DNA of 63,410 nt, counting the filler, from Olpidium bornovanus S191 (Eukaryota > Fungi > Olpidiomycota), in NCBI GenBank assembly GCA_017911155.1. It is 29 parts of 29 records of this genome, joined end to end, with 100 filler letters (N's around TTAATTAATTAA, not from the genome) between each part and the next. Parts side by side here need not be neighbours in the genome. Positions count along the whole stretch, not along the records: positions 10,117 to 14,068 come from JAEFCI010011441.1; positions 14,169 to 15,855 come from JAEFCI010003477.1; positions 15,956 to 17,338 come from JAEFCI010000832.1; positions 17,439 to 21,034 come from JAEFCI010004114.1; positions 21,135 to 25,150 come from JAEFCI010005537.1; 24 more parts are not named here. One strand, given 5' to 3'. The first letter of the stretch is position 1. Each line of letters opens with the position of its first letter. Made by a program: the position numbers and the translations under genes. Shown one piece after another: positions 11,055 to 23,185 of the stretch. The notes beneath the pieces were generated by a model. That model searched no databases and had not been told where the DNA came from. It saw only the letters and a list, made by a program, of their open reading frames with translations.

Positions 11055-12086
11055 AGCGCCGGTGCAGGACCGTTCTGGTCGAGCAGCGGGCAGTTGGCCC
11101 TCGCGGGACCGTTGCAGTGCGCGGACGCCGCCAGCAAGCAGCCGGGCGATCCGGACTTCTGACACGCTGTGCGGCGCGTGACGACGGCGGGGGTATCGTC
11201 CCTCTCTCTCCGACTCCCCCGCACCGGTCTGGGTGTGTGGTGTGTGCGCCGCGGGCGGAGTCGCAACCCCCCCCGCATTTTCCTCCCTCCCCGAGCCGCG
11301 CATTAGCAATCACGTGACCCTTTAACCCCTGTGCTGGGGCGATCGGGACTGACTCCGCGTGCCGTTCTTGGCAAACGAAGGGGAGGCGGCGAGAATCCGT
11401 GCGGCTAAGAGAGCTCACAAAGAAGAGCAGGTGGAGAAAGCAGGAGAGAAAGGCCTGCGTTGGGCATCGTCCCTCGCTTGTCCGGTAGAAAAACACGCTG
11501 TGCGGCGGACGCCCCCTTGCACTTGCGCCACATTCCCATTTGTCCTGCGGGGCAAACGGGCGGCCGGCGTGCGCCCGTGCGGGCTTCGGGTTTGCCCCTT
11601 GTCGAGGTCGTTGGAAAATGCCTTGGAGCACGGCGAATGACGTTTAGGCTGTGCCTGAGAACGACGCAATTGGAAATTTCGTTTGAAGAACTCCTTTGCA
11701 AAGGATGAAAGATCCTAATCAAGAGTTCCAGGATCCGTGCCAGCAGGTACTGACTGAGCCAGTCAACTCTGATTTTGACACGGCGGGGCAGCAGCCTTGC
11801 CAATGGATGCTCTGAGGACCATTTGCCGGCGCCAACTTCGAATCGTGAACGTCTGGCCTGCGTTGCGGCGCGTGCCCTAACGACGCTTGCGACCGCGTCT
11901 CGGAAGAGGCGGGAAACGGGCCAGGATGAGGGGCCCCGGGCGGGCGGCGAGGGGGGAGGAGGGAAGGGGGGAGGGGGAGGGTGTGTTGCGACGGTGCGCG
12001 CGCGACGCACCGCCCGCACCCGCGCACGCGCACCGACGGCCGACACCCAAACATTCGTTACCCGGCCGCCCCGCTCCGCCCCTCAG

Positions 12087-14068
12087 ATGTCACATAGGTC
12101 TCGGAAGTACCGGCACTCGAGGCTTCCGAGCGGCGCCGGAGTCGGAGGCGGCTCTGGGGGCGGAGCCTTCTCCGCGTCGTCGTCTTCCCGAAGGCCCGGC
12201 CCGCACCTGGCGCACGGCTCCGCGGTGCTGCAACACCCGCTCCAGCTCCAGCAGCGGGAAAAGCAGGCGCACCAGCACCATCAGCACCACCAGCAGACCC
12301 AGCGCGACATCGACATCGAGGAGTCCTTGCCGAACCAAAGTCAACGGCACCGCCGGGAGGGGCCACACGGCGCGCCTAAGCCGAGCTCCGAGTCATCGCC
12401 GCCTTCGCTCGAACTGCACCAGAGTGGCGACGTCGGTGACGCGGCTGCAGAGCCGCGGCAGTCTCGTCGTGCATCCGCGTCGCCGCCGTTTTCCGTTGGG
12501 GCTGCCTCAACGTCCGACGCGCCGGCGGCAGCCGCGGCGCTGCAGGGAGGCGCCGCCGCATCGGGAACGACGGCCGGGTCGGTGCCCGTTCACCCGACTC
12601 GTGAGCCTCCTCCGTACTACAATTCGCCGGCCGATGCCTCGAACAACTGGCGGGCGCGCCCGACCATTCAAGCGGTCCCGCGGAACGCCGTGGCATACGA
12701 TGCAGCGCAATACGCTGACTCGTCGGCGCGGCTAACGCCGTCGCAGGCGACGGCGTCCAAAATGACGGTCACGAAACCCATTGCCCAGACAGTGGAAGCG
12801 GGGAACAGGCTCAACCCAGAAAAGCTCTTGCAGAAAGGAGCAGGGCATGGGAAGAAAATGCCGTTGCGGACGACAAAAACGTGAGCGCGCACCTGTCGCC
12901 GCTGCGTTCGAAGCTGCGCCCGAACCTAGCCGCGGGCTCTGCAAAGCCTGTGCAAGCTCCAGCTTGTGTTATAGGCCAATTCTCTTTGACTACGATCGAG
13001 CATGTGCTGACTTCTTATAACGTACCTCGGCGCGCGCTGTCTTCGTAGTTCGCAGAAGCTAGTACTGTTCCCTGATCAAGTGGACAATGCGACGCGTCAG
13101 CCTTACGATATCAGTGAAGAGCCTGTCCTTGAACTGGCGGAAGCTGCCCAGACGCTAGAGGCGCTGCCGCTGTCTGAAAGGCTGGAAACGGGGACACACG
13201 CCGAGCGGCTAAGTAAAGACATGCGGACAGGGTTGCCGCGAGTAACCGCGTACTGCACCGGTAAGAATATTAGACGACTAAAGTTTAACCATTAGCCACG
13301 CCGGTCATCGTTCGATGGTGCTCACGGTTCCGTATCCCAGCGGAGGGTTACCGTATGGCTGATCTTCAAGACTACCTGCAGAGGGAGCACAGGGTGCACA
13401 CGAAGTTGTATGATGAGTGCCTGTATGTGACGTACTTCTTCCCGCTAATTCTCGGCGACGGGTACAAGGCGCGCCTGCGGTCCTCGGAACCGCCTGGTCA
13501 TGCAAAGTTGCATTTTCGGGAGTCGGATGGGGTTGATTGCGTCAGGCCGTCCCAGATGGACCTGGACAGCACGGGCAATGCCAGCGATGACGACCAGACA
13601 GCTCGGGAGATATACGAAGAAGACCACATGTTTAGTGACTACACTGCATGGAGCGTGGTCCATGGCGTCGACCCTGAAATCGCGCCCGGCGGGGAGGTCT
13701 TTTTCTTCGACTACGGGGTAATGCCTGCGACGTTGTTGGATAAGCCCCATCTGGCTAGTGAGGCCGAACGATGTGATGAGGCGAGGCAAAACTCTCTGAG
13801 CGATTGTAAACGTCGCGCAGGTGACCGTGTTTTGGAACCTTACCGAAGAAGAAGAACTAGATGTACTTGCCGACATAGCAAGATTTGAAGAGCACAAGTT
13901 TCCGACAGATGATATTCAAGTGGAGGAGGTGACGATTGTTGCTTCCTCGAGATTGCTGCTCTGTTGGGCCACAAGCTTGTTCTCTTTTCCGCTAATTTGC
14001 AACTCCATCCGTAGTTTCATTTCCAATATGACCCGCGATCCAAGTCGTCCCGCGTGTTTAATGACATG
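12087..14068 (+). CDS. RMD1: RMD1/Sif2 family (DUF155) protein, 3'-truncated
   Basis: Spliced motifs RTTKT|SQKLVLFPD, LPRVTAYCT, YRMADLQDYL...KLYDECLYV, EVFFFDYGV|TVFWNLTEEEE, FQYDPR...RVFNDM, typical of Rmd1/Sif2-type DUF155 proteins. Confidence 0.85.
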
Positions 14069-15298
14069 NNNNNNNNNNNNNNNNNNNNNNNNNNNNNNNN
14101 NNNNNNNNNNNNTTAATTAATTAANNNNNNNNNNNNNNNNNNNNNNNNNNNNNNNNNNNNNNNNNNNNCCCCCGCCGTCGTTCGGTCTCCGGGGGGGGGG
14201 GACTTGCGGGGTGTGCCTGGTGGAGCGAGAGAGGGCGAGAGAGAGAGAGAGAGACAGAGAGAGACGAGGAGGGTCGAACGCGACGGGCGCGAACCAGTGC
14301 GCATTTGTTTGCAATTTGCACATATTCGTTGCCGGAGAGAGAGGGTTCTGCAGCCGCCCCCCGGTGTGACTGCTCGAGCGAACTGCCGGCCATTCCCCCG
14401 CCGACGGGGAAGAAAACGCGCACGCCGAGTTACCGAGCTTACCAGTCGCTCCGTTGAGGCGACGCATCCCAGGGAAGACACGCCGCTTGGCACCAAAACC
14501 CCCGCCGGTCGAGTAAAAAAAGGCCCTTTATGAAAAAGGGGGGGCGGGGAAAAACCGTACGGCCCCGGCGCTGGTGCAAACCCGCCGTTTGCGACTTTCC
14601 CTCTCTGGAACGTGATTACATAAACAATGCCGAGTGAAAATTTCAAGTGCAGAATGATGACATGATCGAGAAGCCGGTGGGGTAGGGGGGAAGCACGCGG
14701 ATGGCTCCACAGTGGGAGCGAGCGCAAACGGGGATGCTCGAGGAAGGGGGAAAAATGCATTAATGGGAAGGGATGTGGGGGGGGGGGCAGTGTGGGGAGA
14801 GGAGGGGATTGGGAAGCAAAGAAATTATATACCGTAGGTAATTTTGAAATGACAGGTAATCACAAAAATTGCAAAGCACGCGAAAGAAATCAACTATGAG
14901 TCTATGAACCTCCGATGCGCGCTTGTGCGGAGAAGCAGCGACAATGAAAAAAGAAAAATCGAGCAGATAAACGAAGGTGGCTGGAGAAATGCTTGGAACG
15001 TGAGTTGTTGGAAATCGGAATGCGGGATCGATCAAATATGAAGGCATGGATGATGAAACGAAAAGCCCACGTTGGACCCGCGCCGCTCGTGATCTCCGTC
15101 AAATCGCGACGGCCAAAATGCAAACCGGAGCGAGAAAACAAAAAAGGCTGCAAAAAGTACGGACGAATGGGGTATGAGGGGTCCCGGGCTTGCAGTTGAA
15201 GCCCCGCGTCGACCTTCTCTTTTTTTTGTTTTTTTTTTTTTTTTTTTTTTTGGAACCGCAATTTTACGATCCGGTGTGTCGCGCTCACCCACCACCGT

Positions 15299-15855
15299 TT
15301 ACTTGTTCACGACCCTCAGGTTCGTCTTGGGCACGGTGACGACGTTGATCACGTTGACTTCGTAGCGCGACATGTGGCGCTCCAGTCGACGGGTTTCCGC
15401 CTCCCCGCCGCCTTTGACGCCGCCGCGGCGCTCGGCGCGGTGGTAGCGTCTCCGGCGGTTGGCCGCGGCCGCCGCGAACGCCATCCTTCTCCCGCTTGGC
15501 GCGGCGGGCGTCTCGCTGCGACGCGGCGGTCTCTTGCCGACGCCGCGGTCGGCCGCGGACTCAGGCATCGACCGCCGGTGGCCCGCCGGGGCCGGCGGCC
15601 GCGGCGTCGGGCTTGCCGGGACTGCGGACGGGGACCGGGCTTCTGGGACCGATAAAGGTAACAGTGCCTTGGAGGTTTCCAAGTGGAATGTTCGGCGCGC
15701 GCCGGCAACCGGAGAGAGGTCGGGAAAAGAGCCTAGAACGAGATCAGCGGAAGACGGTTGTTGAGGACTTAAGGGGACAGGACTGTTTGTGCCTGGCCCG
15801 ACGTAGAAAGGTCTCGGCGATACGGCGATGGGGGAGATCATTGCTGGAGCCATGA
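15299..15855 (-). CDS. Hypothetical protein, 3' fragment
   Basis: 184-aa Pro/Arg-rich frame running from the contig edge and ending in VVTVPKTNLRVVNK*. No domain recognised. Confidence 0.3.
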
Positions 15856-16107
15856 NNNNNNNNNNNNNNNNNNNNNNNNNNNNNNNNNNNNNNNNNNNNT
15901 TAATTAATTAANNNNNNNNNNNNNNNNNNNNNNNNNNNNNNNNNNNNNNNNNNNNCACTCCCCCCCGCACCCCCCCTTCTTTCGCCCACCGCTCCTTTCC
16001 GAGAAAATGTCCGCCGAAGACGAAAAAAACTTGCGAAAGCCGACCGACATCATGCTGCCGCAAAAAACTCTGAAGCTTCCTCGCTAACCCCCCCCCCCCG
16101 CCCCACC

Positions 16108-17338
16108 GTGCTGTCTCTCCGCGCCGTTGCGGCGCTCAAAGTCAACAACAACAGAAACGCGGGAACGGAAGAAACCCCGACAGTGGCGTGCTTCCGAGAG
16201 AGAGAGAGAGAGAAAGAGAGAGGCAACGAGAGGGAAAGAGAGAGAAAGGCAGCGGCCCAGCCGCTTCCCGCCTTCCGCTTGGAAATGGAGCTCGGCAGCC
16301 AGAGGGTTCCGCACGCCGGCAACCAGATGGCCGCGGGAAGGGCGGCCCAGGCGGCGACAAATTGCGTCCGGGGTGATCAACCTCCGATGCGGGCGAAGGC
16401 GTTGCCTTCGTCGCCCGGCTTCCCCGCCACCGGTGATGACCATCCTGCGGCGCCCCCGCGGCCGCTTTCCCCCCGCATCGAGTCGACCGCGGCTCCTCTG
16501 TTCGCGCCAACGCCGGACCGGACGGTTCTCCGGGAGCCGCGTCGAGAGGCGATGCCGTCCTATCCGAGCTGGCGGCCGGACGCCGGTGGGAGCATGCCCA
16601 ACGGTGCGGCCGCGCCGGCTCCCGTCCAGCACTCGGCGTCGTCGGCACACCCGCCCGCGGGCCGCAAGCGCGTTATCCTGATCAACAGAAGAAGCCCTGC
16701 GGTAGGCGACTGCGTAGCTGTCACAAAGGGCAACGCCGCCTGACCCCCTGTAGGTTCCGATTTGCAGACTCTCTAACGTTGTGCGCTTTGTGTTCGCTGC
16801 TTGTCAAATTCAGGCGGACAAGCTCGTGGACACCCAGTCTGAGGCCGCCGATTTTGGAGGAAAACGGTCACCCTCGCCGCGCGGTTTACCAAGAGACGCC
16901 GATGTGCTAACGCCGGCTCCTTTGGCTGCTGGACGTCAGCGACTCCCGCCGTCGTTTCCGATAACCAGCGAAGCCGTCGTCACCCCAGGACAGATCGACC
17001 TTGTCCGACGATCATCTACCCCAGAGTTGCGGTCGTCTAGTGAGACACCCGCCCCTGAGGTGTCGCGGAGCAAGCCTTCATCCCCCGAAGCCGATTCGCC
17101 GCCGGCCCTCACCGCTGAAACTGCTAAAACCGGCGGCGCTAGGATCCGGAGGAGCAGCTCGCCGACGGCGCGCTCGTCGTTTATGATCCAGCGGCCCGGC
17201 AGCCCGTACTCCAGGATGCGGTCGCACAACAACGAACAGCGGTCTCTTTCGCCGACGCCCCCGAACAGGGCCAAGTCGAAAGTGAGATCCGGCCTGCGGC
17301 CGGCGATAAAGAAGACACGATCACTGGACTCTGACATG
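16108..17338 (+). CDS. Hypothetical Ser/Pro/Arg-rich protein fragment (probably two exons)
   Basis: ORFs 16108-16743 and 16781->17338 are separated by a plausible GT..AG intron. Low complexity only. Confidence 0.3.
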
Positions 17339-18904
17339 NNNNNNNNNNNNNNNNNNNNNNNNNNNNNNNNNNNNNNNNNNNNTTAATTAATTAANNNNNN
17401 NNNNNNNNNNNNNNNNNNNNNNNNNNNNNNNNNNNNNNACATGAAACCTCAACAAGACCCATTTTCATACGGTGGAAACAAAAGAAGCATCTTTATACAG
17501 TGCAACAGGCACCTCCGTTCAAGAATCAAATAAACTGCCGCATCGACGGCAAAGCCCTTCACAGGCCCCGCGCAATCGATGATTCCTTGCGCTAACCCAC
17601 CACGGGCCTTCAACAGACGGAGCGTGAGTTTTGTCCCCTGGGCCACGGGCGGTTCACCTGATTTCGCGATTCCGATTGGAGTTCGGCATCTCGAATCTAA
17701 GCTCGATTCGGGGTCGGATCAAACACAAGCCCGGTTCACCAAGGAATTGCGTGGACACGAACGGGCCACGAACCAAAGGTTGACAATGATTTGGTGGCAA
17801 CTCCTTGGAGGCTGCGACGAATGTTTGAGTGGCCTCCTGCGCGGTGTCCCGCTGCTTTGTTCGCAGGTATTTTGCTCGAGGACTCACCGAAATAATCCTT
17901 GGGCCGTCCTTTCTTCTTGGCTCTGCACTCTGCTTGGCGATGTCCTGCCTTCCACGCCAGGTCCTAAATTCACATCCATAACGACCTTATCTGAAGGGGA
18001 TATTTCATTGCTTGGTCATTTGTCCTCAATCAAATTCTTAGAAACAGCTGGTTTTGTGCTTAGACGCATCTTGACTGTACCCCCAAGGATGCTTTGTCAT
18101 CAAAAAATTGGCCTGAATGCTCCAGAAATTCTATTCCTTTTATTCAAATACAGAAACCATGCTTTTAGTTGATTTGAATGTCATCTTAGTACCCCTCTGG
18201 ATTAATACCACTTGTAACAAGAGGCAGGGTACGCAGGCTAACATGCAAGCAGCTAGGGTAGCGTCCACTCGTCTCCGCTGGAAAGGAGAAGAGAGCAAAC
18301 TTTCTAAAATATATCCAACCGGTTCTCGGCACGACGAGCGCCGCGCCTCGAACGGTTTGCTGCATTCACACGCCCGCGACCGTTTGCAGATTGAAAGTGT
18401 GCACGGCTCTGCTCAAAAAGGGAGTATATATTCGACTCTCCTGCGGATAATTCAAGCTCCTCCGCCGTCTGCGAGTCAATCCTCAAACAGTTTGCCCCAA
18501 CAACATGCGCCGGCGGGGGTTTTTCTTTTCCGGGCGGTTTGGCGGGAAACAGATGAAAGCTGACAGAGCTGCATCGTTCTCGAGCGCGAGGAAAGCACAG
18601 GGGTGCTCAAAATCTCGCGGGGGTGTTTGGGGCATTTGTGCGCTGATAGGCGAGCTGCGTAATCTGTAAAACGCACCCCGAAGGCATAGAATGGGGCAAA
18701 ACGACGGAAAATGACGTAGAAAAGAAAGGAGAAGACACAGAACGGAAGGGAATGGGCAGGGAAGGTACAAAAAGGTACTTTAGAGCACAGAAGAACAGTT
18801 GCTTAATCGTAATGACGTAAAACTGCGATAATCTCAACGTTCATTACACGTCGATGATCTTTGCTAACTCAGAATTATAAACTGCAGGGCTTACCTTTAA
18901 TTCT

Positions 18905-19345
18905 ACGAATCCTGAGCTGAATCCCGAATAAATCTGCAGTAAATCCCGTAGTGAATTCTACGGTAAATCCTTCTGCAAATTCTACGTGAAATCCTGCCGC
19001 GAATTCGGTGGTGGATCTTGCTGTGAATTCCGTGGTGAATTTTGGCCAAGAATCCCGCCACATATCCTGCTGCGAATTCGACCAGGAATCTTGCCGCAAG
19101 TTTGGCGGCAAATCCTGACACGAATTCAGCCGTGATTTCTGCCTGGTGGCGTGACGTCTGGGGCAAATCCTCCTGCAAACCCTGCTACGGGTCCTGTGGC
19201 TAATCCTGCCTTCAATCTTTGAGGAATCCCTGTGGCAAATCCAGCATTGAATTCTTTCACGAATCCCTTGGTTTGTAATGGCTTCAATCTGCCTTAGATC
19301 CTGCGGTGAATCCTGCCTTCTTCCTTTCAGCGGCAAAATTAGCGG
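18905..19345. repeat. Degenerate tandem array with 12-nt period (AAT-C/T-C/T core)
   Basis: Units such as aatcccgtagtg, aattctacggta, aatccttctgca, aattctacgtga, aatcctgccgcg, aattcggtggtg, gatcttgctgtg, aattccgtggtg. About 35 units with occasional 1-nt phase slips. Confidence 0.8.
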
Positions 19346-19495
19346 CAGATCATGCAGCACCCCAGAGGGACGCGGCTCAGGTGCGTCGCCGTTCGCGCCG
19401 CGCTTTCCCAGCCCCGTCCCCTCACCCCCGGGCAGCCTGTGCCCGCGCACCCTTCTCACTCCGCCCCTCCCGCTCCCGGCTGCGCGTCAGAGATT

Positions 19496-21034
19496 ATGAA
19501 CGTCGCAGGCCACGACCTCGGCCAGCTCGAGCCGTCCTCGCTGAAGCGGGACGCGCTGCAAAAAATAGCGAAGGCGTTGGGGATCAGGGCCAACACGAAG
19601 GTGGGCCGGCGACAAGCGCGGCAGAAACGGGCGAAGCGCGTGCGGTTCCCTGGGCGGGGGAAGGGCTGGGGGAAGGGGGGGGTGGGAGAACGGTGGACAG
19701 GGGGGACTTTCCCCCGGGGCGGTTTTACCTCTCCCCAGAGAGACGCGGCTGCCGCGTAATCTTTCCTTCTGCTCCGACGAGTTGGCGCGAAATTCCAAGC
19801 TTCGAGCAGATTGTTTTGCCCATCTCTCTTACACGTCGTGGCGAAACCCGGGTCTGCATTCTCACTCGTTGCTCGGCACGACCAGATGTGCTGATCTCGG
19901 CTGCTGTACGGCACTGAACCATTTCCCATTCAAAAAAAAAACAACCCAGAATGTTGAGCTGATCAAAAGGATAGAAAGATACAAAAGCGAGGCGGCAGCG
20001 CTGGGTTTATTCAAAAGGAACTCGCGTAAAAGCGGCGCCCTGAACAGAGGGCGTGCATCCGATTCGCCAGGAAATGAAGCCGCAAGAAGGGAAGGACGCA
20101 TCGTGTCCGTCGGGAAAGAGCAGGACAGTTGCGCCGAACCGCCAGCGCCAATTCCGCTTTCCGCCAATTCGTGTAACGAGCGTGTTTCTGACGGAAATCA
20201 AGACGCGTCGCCGCAAACTCATGGCGATCACGTTCCGGCGGAAGTAGTGAGCGTAGATCCGACAGTTGAAACTGATTGTGGGATCTCTCCGCAAGCTTCG
20301 GACGCTGTGTTTGCGGAGACAGGAACCGCCAAACCATTTCAGTTTGAAAGGATGGCTATGGACGTTCTTTTCGTTCCGGAGAACGTAGTAAGCGTGGATC
20401 CGGCAGTTGAAATCGCCCCTGGGATCTTAGATGCTGCGTTTTCGGAAACAGGGACCGCCAAGACAATCAAGTTTGAAAGGATAATTAAGGACGATCACGT
20501 TTTGGAAGAAGTGAGCGCGGATCCAGCAGTTAAAGCCGATCACGGGATCTTTCCGCAGATTTCAGACGCCGTATCTGCGGAAACAGGGACGGTCAAGATA
20601 TTTGAGTCTGAATGGATCAAGGACAGCCAGAGAGGCGTCGAAATTTTTGATGCTTCCCTCGGGAAGGAATCGCCTTCCGGCGCCTTTGACGAAGAAACTT
20701 CCGAGTTGGGGGATCTTGGAGGCGTGGACGCCCTTCGGGCCGACGATCACGGCGACACTATGGCGTCCTCGTCTGACGCCTACGGCATAGTTCCTAGGAC
20801 CGAGCAAGCAGAAATGGCGAGCTCTACGGTCACGAAGGACGCGGTCAGTCCTGAAACTTGCGATACTTTTGACGCGACGCATTCCGAACCGGAATCTTTG
20901 GGGTCGAAAGAAACGGAAACAATGGATCTAGGTGAAGATTCACCGTCGTCTGTTCTTCAACAGACCAGCGCTTTCCCGCTTGATGAGAAAATGGCAGAGA
21001 GTCCGATCGCATCCTGTTCATCGTTAGACCCATG
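19496..21034 (+). CDS. Protein with N-terminal SAP-like (NuSAP-type) helical motif and acidic disordered body, 3'-truncated
   Basis: Exon 19496-19600 (MNVAGHDLGQLEPSSLKRDALQKIAKALGIRANTK), intron 19601-19949, exon from 19950 (NVELIKRIERY...). The joined LKRDALQKIAKALGIRANTKNVELIKRI fits SAP-like motifs. The frame is open to the contig end. Confidence 0.6.
20227..20620 (+). repeat. Three in-frame ~44-aa internal repeats in the SAP-like protein
   Basis: VVSVDPTVETDCGISPQASDAVFAETGTAKPFQFER / VVSVDPAVEIAPGILDAAFSETGTAKTIKFER / EVSADPAVKADHGIFPQISDAVSAETGTVKIFESE. Confidence 0.8.
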
Positions 21035-21134
21035 NNNNNNNNNNNNNNNNNNNNNNNNNNNNNNNNNNNNNNNNNNNNTTAATTAATTAANNNNNNNNNN
21101 NNNNNNNNNNNNNNNNNNNNNNNNNNNNNNNNNN

Positions 21135-21595
21135 GTGATGCCGCGCGGAGCGAAGATTCGTTTAGTCTGGAAGGTTCGTTCCAATGCTCGTTCCCGCCAA
21201 ACCTTGTTTCAGAACTGACCAACAGAAACGCGTCAATTTTGTAGGCTTACACATGGAATGTGCGCGATGGCATGCAGGATGGATAGACCTTGATACCGAC
21301 GAGCTATCAACTCCGCTTCAGTCTGTTGTTTTAAGATGGACAGAGACGCCCCCCGACCAGGCGAACAGGGCACTAATACCGGTATATTTGAATAGGTGAG
21401 AATATCGGCACCAGCGTATTTTCGAGTGGTATCACCTGCGCCATCCACCGGTCGCCGCATCGATCGATTGGTTCCTAACGAAATCCCCGTCGTAGCGACC
21501 GGTTAGACCTACTATGCTCCGCTTGGCTGCCGTGCGATCCTCATAAACACGTTCTCGCCATTCAGCGAGCTGTTGCACTGGTCGCCGGGACATGA
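21135..21595 (+). CDS. DYNC1H1: Cytoplasmic dynein-1 heavy chain, last three exons (extended C-terminal domain)
   Basis: Exons 21135-21173, 21245-21395 and 21496-21595 give DSFSLEGLHMECARWHAGWIDLDTDELSTPLQSVVLRWTE...IPVYLNSDRLDLLCSAWLPC...IQRAVALVAGT*. This parallels the animal dynein-1 C-terminus (SF..GL.L.GA...ST.L....LRW...LPVYLN..R.DL...RGVA). Confidence 0.75.
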
Positions 21596-21694
21596 TGAGC
21601 ATTCGCCGATGCACGCGTATTATACATAGAATCCATTAAGGATTTGTACAAAGCGGCATCGAACGTATATGTAAGACATGTCTCGGGGATGGGC

Positions 21695-22920
21695 TCAATC
21701 CCATAGAAGCTCGTTATAAGAATCCGACCGTGATTTCGGGGCGGCAGACAGCTTCCGCTTGGCATCCGCCTTCGCCAGATCCTTAATCCGGGCGGCCATA
21801 ACCTCCTGCCGGTGGGCTCGCAGCCGCGCCTCCTGTAGCATCCGCTCGGCTCCCTTTTCTTCCTTCTTCCGCTCCGCTCGCCGGCGGTTTTCCCTCTGCT
21901 TTTTAGTTTCCTCTTGCGCCCCGCCACCATAAGACGAAGCTGTCCGCAGCGGCGGTGAGGAGGTGGACTTCGAACTCGAGGTGATGCGCAGAGTTCGCGG
22001 CGCGCTGGAAGCTTTCCATGTTGCAGCATCGGAATGAGATGACAAGAACTACATATGGCTAGAACCGTAGATGTCGTCCAGCTAGGCCCACCTTCGGGAA
22101 CCTTGATCCAACCCTTGGCAGCTTCTCTACGGCGCTCTTCCAGGTCAACTTTGTCGTCCACCTCCTTTCCCCCGTTTGTCAGCTTGATGACGCGCACGGG
22201 AGCTCCGTCTTCGTCGTCCACCTCCGCGTCGTTAGGGTGGCGGATTCCACCTCCCGGTCCCGGGCGGCTGGAGTCCTCGTCATCACTGCTTCCTTTGCCG
22301 CTATATTCCCGCGTGTTCTTGGTTGCCGCGTTCGTGGGGTTGCGGGCTGGGGCAGCGGCAGCCGAGAGGGCGGGGAACTCGGCCAGCGACGGAGCTTTCT
22401 GCGGCTTGCGGCGCCCGCTTCCTCTGCCCGTTACAGTGACCACGCCAGAGGCGGCCGAGAGCTGGCGCGGCGGCGGCTCTTTCCACGCCCCGCCCGGCTG
22501 TGCATCGCACCGCACTCGGTCGTTCGCCCTGCCGTTCCCCTTCTTCTTCCTCTGACTCGGGCTCCCGCTGCCGGCTTCGTCCGGCGTTGAAGCGCCGTCC
22601 TCTTTCTCCGCTCCACGGGCGCTCACGGACGCAGCAGTCCCGTCGCCGCCGCCGGCTGCGCCGTTCCCTTGCACCTCCTCCTCCTCCGCCCCTCCCTCTT
22701 CCTCCTCATCCTGGACGTCGTCCGCGGCGCGGCCGGCCTTCTTGCCGCCGCGCTTCCTCTTCCCTCTCCGCTTCCGCGACGCGGAGATCAGATCCGGTAG
22801 GCCGCCGGGCGTGCTCGCCGGACCCGCAGAGCCACCGTCATTCCGCAGGCGGGCCCACACGGCCCAGGAGGGCAAGAGGAGCAGCGCGGCCAGCAGCAGC
22901 GCGGTCCCGTTCCCCTCCAT
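21695..22920 (-). CDS. Hypothetical N-terminally membrane-anchored, basic/coiled-coil protein (two exons)
   Basis: ATG at 22920: MEGNGTALLLAALLLLPSWAVWARLR, then Lys/Arg and Glu tracts. The last exon reads EETKKQRENRRRAERKKEEKGAERMLQEARLRAHRQE...ELLWD*. Exact splice sites are uncertain. Confidence 0.6.
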
Positions 22921-23185
22921 TCTCACCGGCGGCGGGCGGGGCCCACTCGCTCTCCCGTCCTGACGGCCCGACGCCCGGACGGAGGGCGGCTCGGGCGGAA
23001 GAGAACGTATGTGGTTCGCCCGCGGCGGACGTGATTTTTTTTTTTTTTTTTTTTTTAACTCTTTCGTCCCTTCCGCCCCCCCTCCCCCGACGCCGCAAGC
23101 GGAAAGGCTCGGGCGAACGAACGAAGCAGGAAAGACCGCGCCTGACAGCCACCAGCGGTCGACCGACCGACCGAGAGACACAAGC
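22921..23185. promoter_or_regulatory. Putative bidirectional promoter (265 bp) between the membrane-anchored gene and RPB3
   Basis: Head-to-head ATGs at 22920 (-) and 23186 (+) on one contig. The interval contains a T-tract and GC-rich flanks. Confidence 0.55.

Noticed and set aside
17439-18500. Exon-like minus-strand pieces (AEELELSAGESNIYSLFEQSR; AVYLILERRCLLHCIKMLL)
   Set aside because: I could not assemble a consistent spliced frame or recognise a family, so no feature was called.
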